Shown here: piece after piece, positions 62,277 through 64,000 of the stretch
Numbering within the stretch: the stretch's first letter is position 1
How the letters are laid out: each line of letters opens with the position of its first letter
NCBI GenBank assembly: GCA_963845065.1
Contig: CAWJQQ010000009.1
Coordinates: forward strand, 544,001 to 608,000
DNA: 64,000 nt
Origin: Nitrospirota bacterium
Lineage (GTDB): Bacteria; Nitrospirota; UBA9217
Direction of reading: 5' to 3'
Position numbers and translations under genes: made by a program
The notes under the pieces: generated by a model
Told to the model about the DNA's origin: nothing
The model's input: the letters and a program-made list of their open reading frames with translations, nothing else
Database searches by the model: none

Positions 62277-63626
62277 TTATTTTGCTGTCGACCCACCATA
62301 CCGCTCGTTGTAGAACTTCTGGATATTCTGAAGTTCTTCCTTGCTGATGCCCTTTACGTACCAGGCGTGCCGCTCATTGGACTCGATATATTTCTTTGAC
62401 AGCTCGTTGTACAGCGCTGGACCCGCCGCTTCTTTCACCTCGGGCAGGAACTCCGTGTAGAAATTTTTGGCGACCTCGTAGATGCCGTGCCACCAGGCGT
62501 AATCTGGGCCCATCATGGCTGCACCATGACGCGCACGCCTGCCCTCATGGTGCCATAATTCAAAATAGGTCCATTCAAGTTTATTCGAGAAATCATTCGG
62601 CTTAAGTTTTCCCTTGTCGATGAGCTCTTGCCGTATCTGCGTCGCGGGAATGGCAAATTTATTGTTGTAGAAGTTCACAAAGTTGTCGAACTGCATGTAG
62701 AAGCTGTCCACAAAGGGGGCAGAATGGCAGCTGTTGCAGACATCCTTCATGTTGTCACGCCGCTTATCCGCGTTCTCCAGCTTCTTCGAGATCGGCGGCC
62801 TCAAGGTCCAGCTGATCCGGGCGCCTACATCATGCGTCACGGGCTGGTTCGGCGTGGCGCTCATGTGGCAGGTGGCACAGGTCGGCGCGGCGGTGTAATC
62901 CCTGCCCACAACCCACGAATCTTTGTGCATATTCATGCGATCCTTGTTGGCCTTATACAGGATGCCGTGCTTCGATTCTTCATAGACCTCGATCTGCGGA
63001 TGATCCGGTCCGAGATGGCATTTGCCGCAGGTCTGGGGCTCACGGGCCTGGGCCTTCGAGAAATTGTGCCTCGTATGACATGCTGTGCATGAGCCGCGAG
63101 ATCCGTCGGGATTAATTCTGCCTATCCCGGTGTTTGGCCAGGTGTTGGGGTCGAGCTTCCCGTTGGCGAGTACCTTGACTACTCCGCCGTGACACTGTCG
63201 GCACCCCACGGTGACAGCCTCGGGGCCACCGACGACTTCACCGAGGTAATTGTCCAGAGAATTCAGAACGTCCTGTGCTTTCGCATGATGGCTCTCGGTC
63301 ATCTCCTTTTCTTCCTTGGCATGGCATTTACCGCAATCTTTGGGTGTTACAAGGATCGCGATGGTAAATCCGTTATGCTCCATGGCATCGCTATCCGATT
63401 TCTCCGCTTTGTGGCATGTATAGCAGTCCACTCCTTTTTCGGCGTGTTTGCTCAATCTCCACTCTTGCACAAATGACGGCGATTGAGCCTCATGGCACGC
63501 AATGCAAGCCTCACCTTCTTTCGAAACCGTGATTTTTGCCACCTCTGCTTCTCCCAGCGCTGCATAAGAACAGAAACTGAAAAAGACTACTGCGAGCAAT
63601 GCATTGAACGGGCGTTTTTTTGTCAT
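62277..63626 (-). CDS. Periplasmic octaheme cytochrome c, hydroxylamine oxidoreductase (HAO) family
   Basis: Signal peptide; eight CxxCH motifs (CIACH, CYTCH, CGKCH, CRQCH, CTACH, CGKCH, CATCH, CNSCH); GPDHPQ; WHHEGRRARHGAAMMGPDYAWWHG. Confidence 0.92.
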   Translation of the reverse strand: MTKKRPFNALLAVVFFSFCSYAALGEAEVAKITVSKEGEACIACHEAQSPSFVQEWRLSKHAEKGVDCYTCHKAEKSDSDAMEHNGFTIAILVTPKDCGKCHAKEEKEMTESHHAKAQDVLNSLDNYLGEVVGGPEAVTVGCRQCHGGVVKVLANGKLDPNTWPNTGIGRINPDGSRGSCTACHTRHNFSKAQAREPQTCGKCHLGPDHPQIEVYEESKHGILYKANKDRMNMHKDSWVVGRDYTAAPTCATCHMSATPNQPVTHDVGARISWTLRPPISKKLENADKRRDNMKDVCNSCHSAPFVDSFYMQFDNFVNFYNNKFAIPATQIRQELIDKGKLKPNDFSNKLEWTYFELWHHEGRRARHGAAMMGPDYAWWHGIYEVAKNFYTEFLPEVKEAAGPALYNELSKKYIESNERHAWYVKGISKEELQNIQKFYNERYGGSTAK

Positions 63627-64000
63627 TCAATCCTCCATAGTGTTTGAGATTGTGATACTATGATTATATTGCTAAGCGACACCAGAGATCCCATAGCAAA
63701 CAAGCAGATCAAGTCCAACCATATGCAAAGCCAGCGCAGTGACAGGTACTCTTTTATTCTAGCAAAATTTTTTCTCAAAAAAGTCTGCAAAAAAAGTTAT
63801 TAATTATGGCCACTACCTATGCACTTTATGATTTTTGTTGTAATACTCTGTATGATGTCCATCATATTTGCCGTGAATGAAGTCGCATTGACGTACTGCT
63901 CTTTCGTTAGGTGATAACTGTCACGACATCGTAGACAGATTTTACTGTCAGGACATCGTGGACAAACGTTCTTTGACAATCGAATAGCCACAGCATAAAC

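Noticed and set aside
63800..63991. Cys-rich ORF at the window edge (CPRC...CLRC)
   Set aside because: Probably the end of a gene starting outside the window; too little sequence to assign.

Overview
A 64 kb bacterial chromosomal segment. Gene content (futalosine-type mqnP, DUF4912/GH57 pair, RRM protein, octaheme HAO-like cytochrome, selenoprotein candidates) suggests an anaerobic or microaerophilic Nitrospirota- or Desulfobacterota-like organism; this is an inference. The right third holds an octaheme cytochrome c, a complete minus-strand E. coli-type nuoA-N operon (fused NuoCD) and a transketolase. The left two thirds mix housekeeping genes (Aas-like ligase, patatin, mqnP, FKBP, nagZ, hpt, pncA, typA, nth, apbE, arsC, rpsU, GH57, glcD) with many decayed IS200/IS605/IS607 elements and pseudogenes. 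The strongest hidden signal is two genes that the ORF track truncates at in-frame TGA codons, each followed by a SECIS-like hairpin: a DedA-rhodanese fusion (YCT-U-PSE, 24621-25580) and a HesB/IscA-like protein (PGG-U-SP, 33200-33505). Both are probable selenoproteins. The first lies between the two 'rSAM/selenodomain-associated' transferases (TIGR04283-like and TIGR04282-like), beside a Mec-type JAMM peptidase, a dead cysM and a second DedA/TVP38 protein. Together these form a candidate sulfur/selenium/arsenic modification-and-export module. A long structured leader precedes an RRM-rpsU operon carrying two unannotated basic micro-ORFs. No rRNA, tRNA or CRISPR array was recognised. All family assignments come from motif recognition by eye; no database searches were run.
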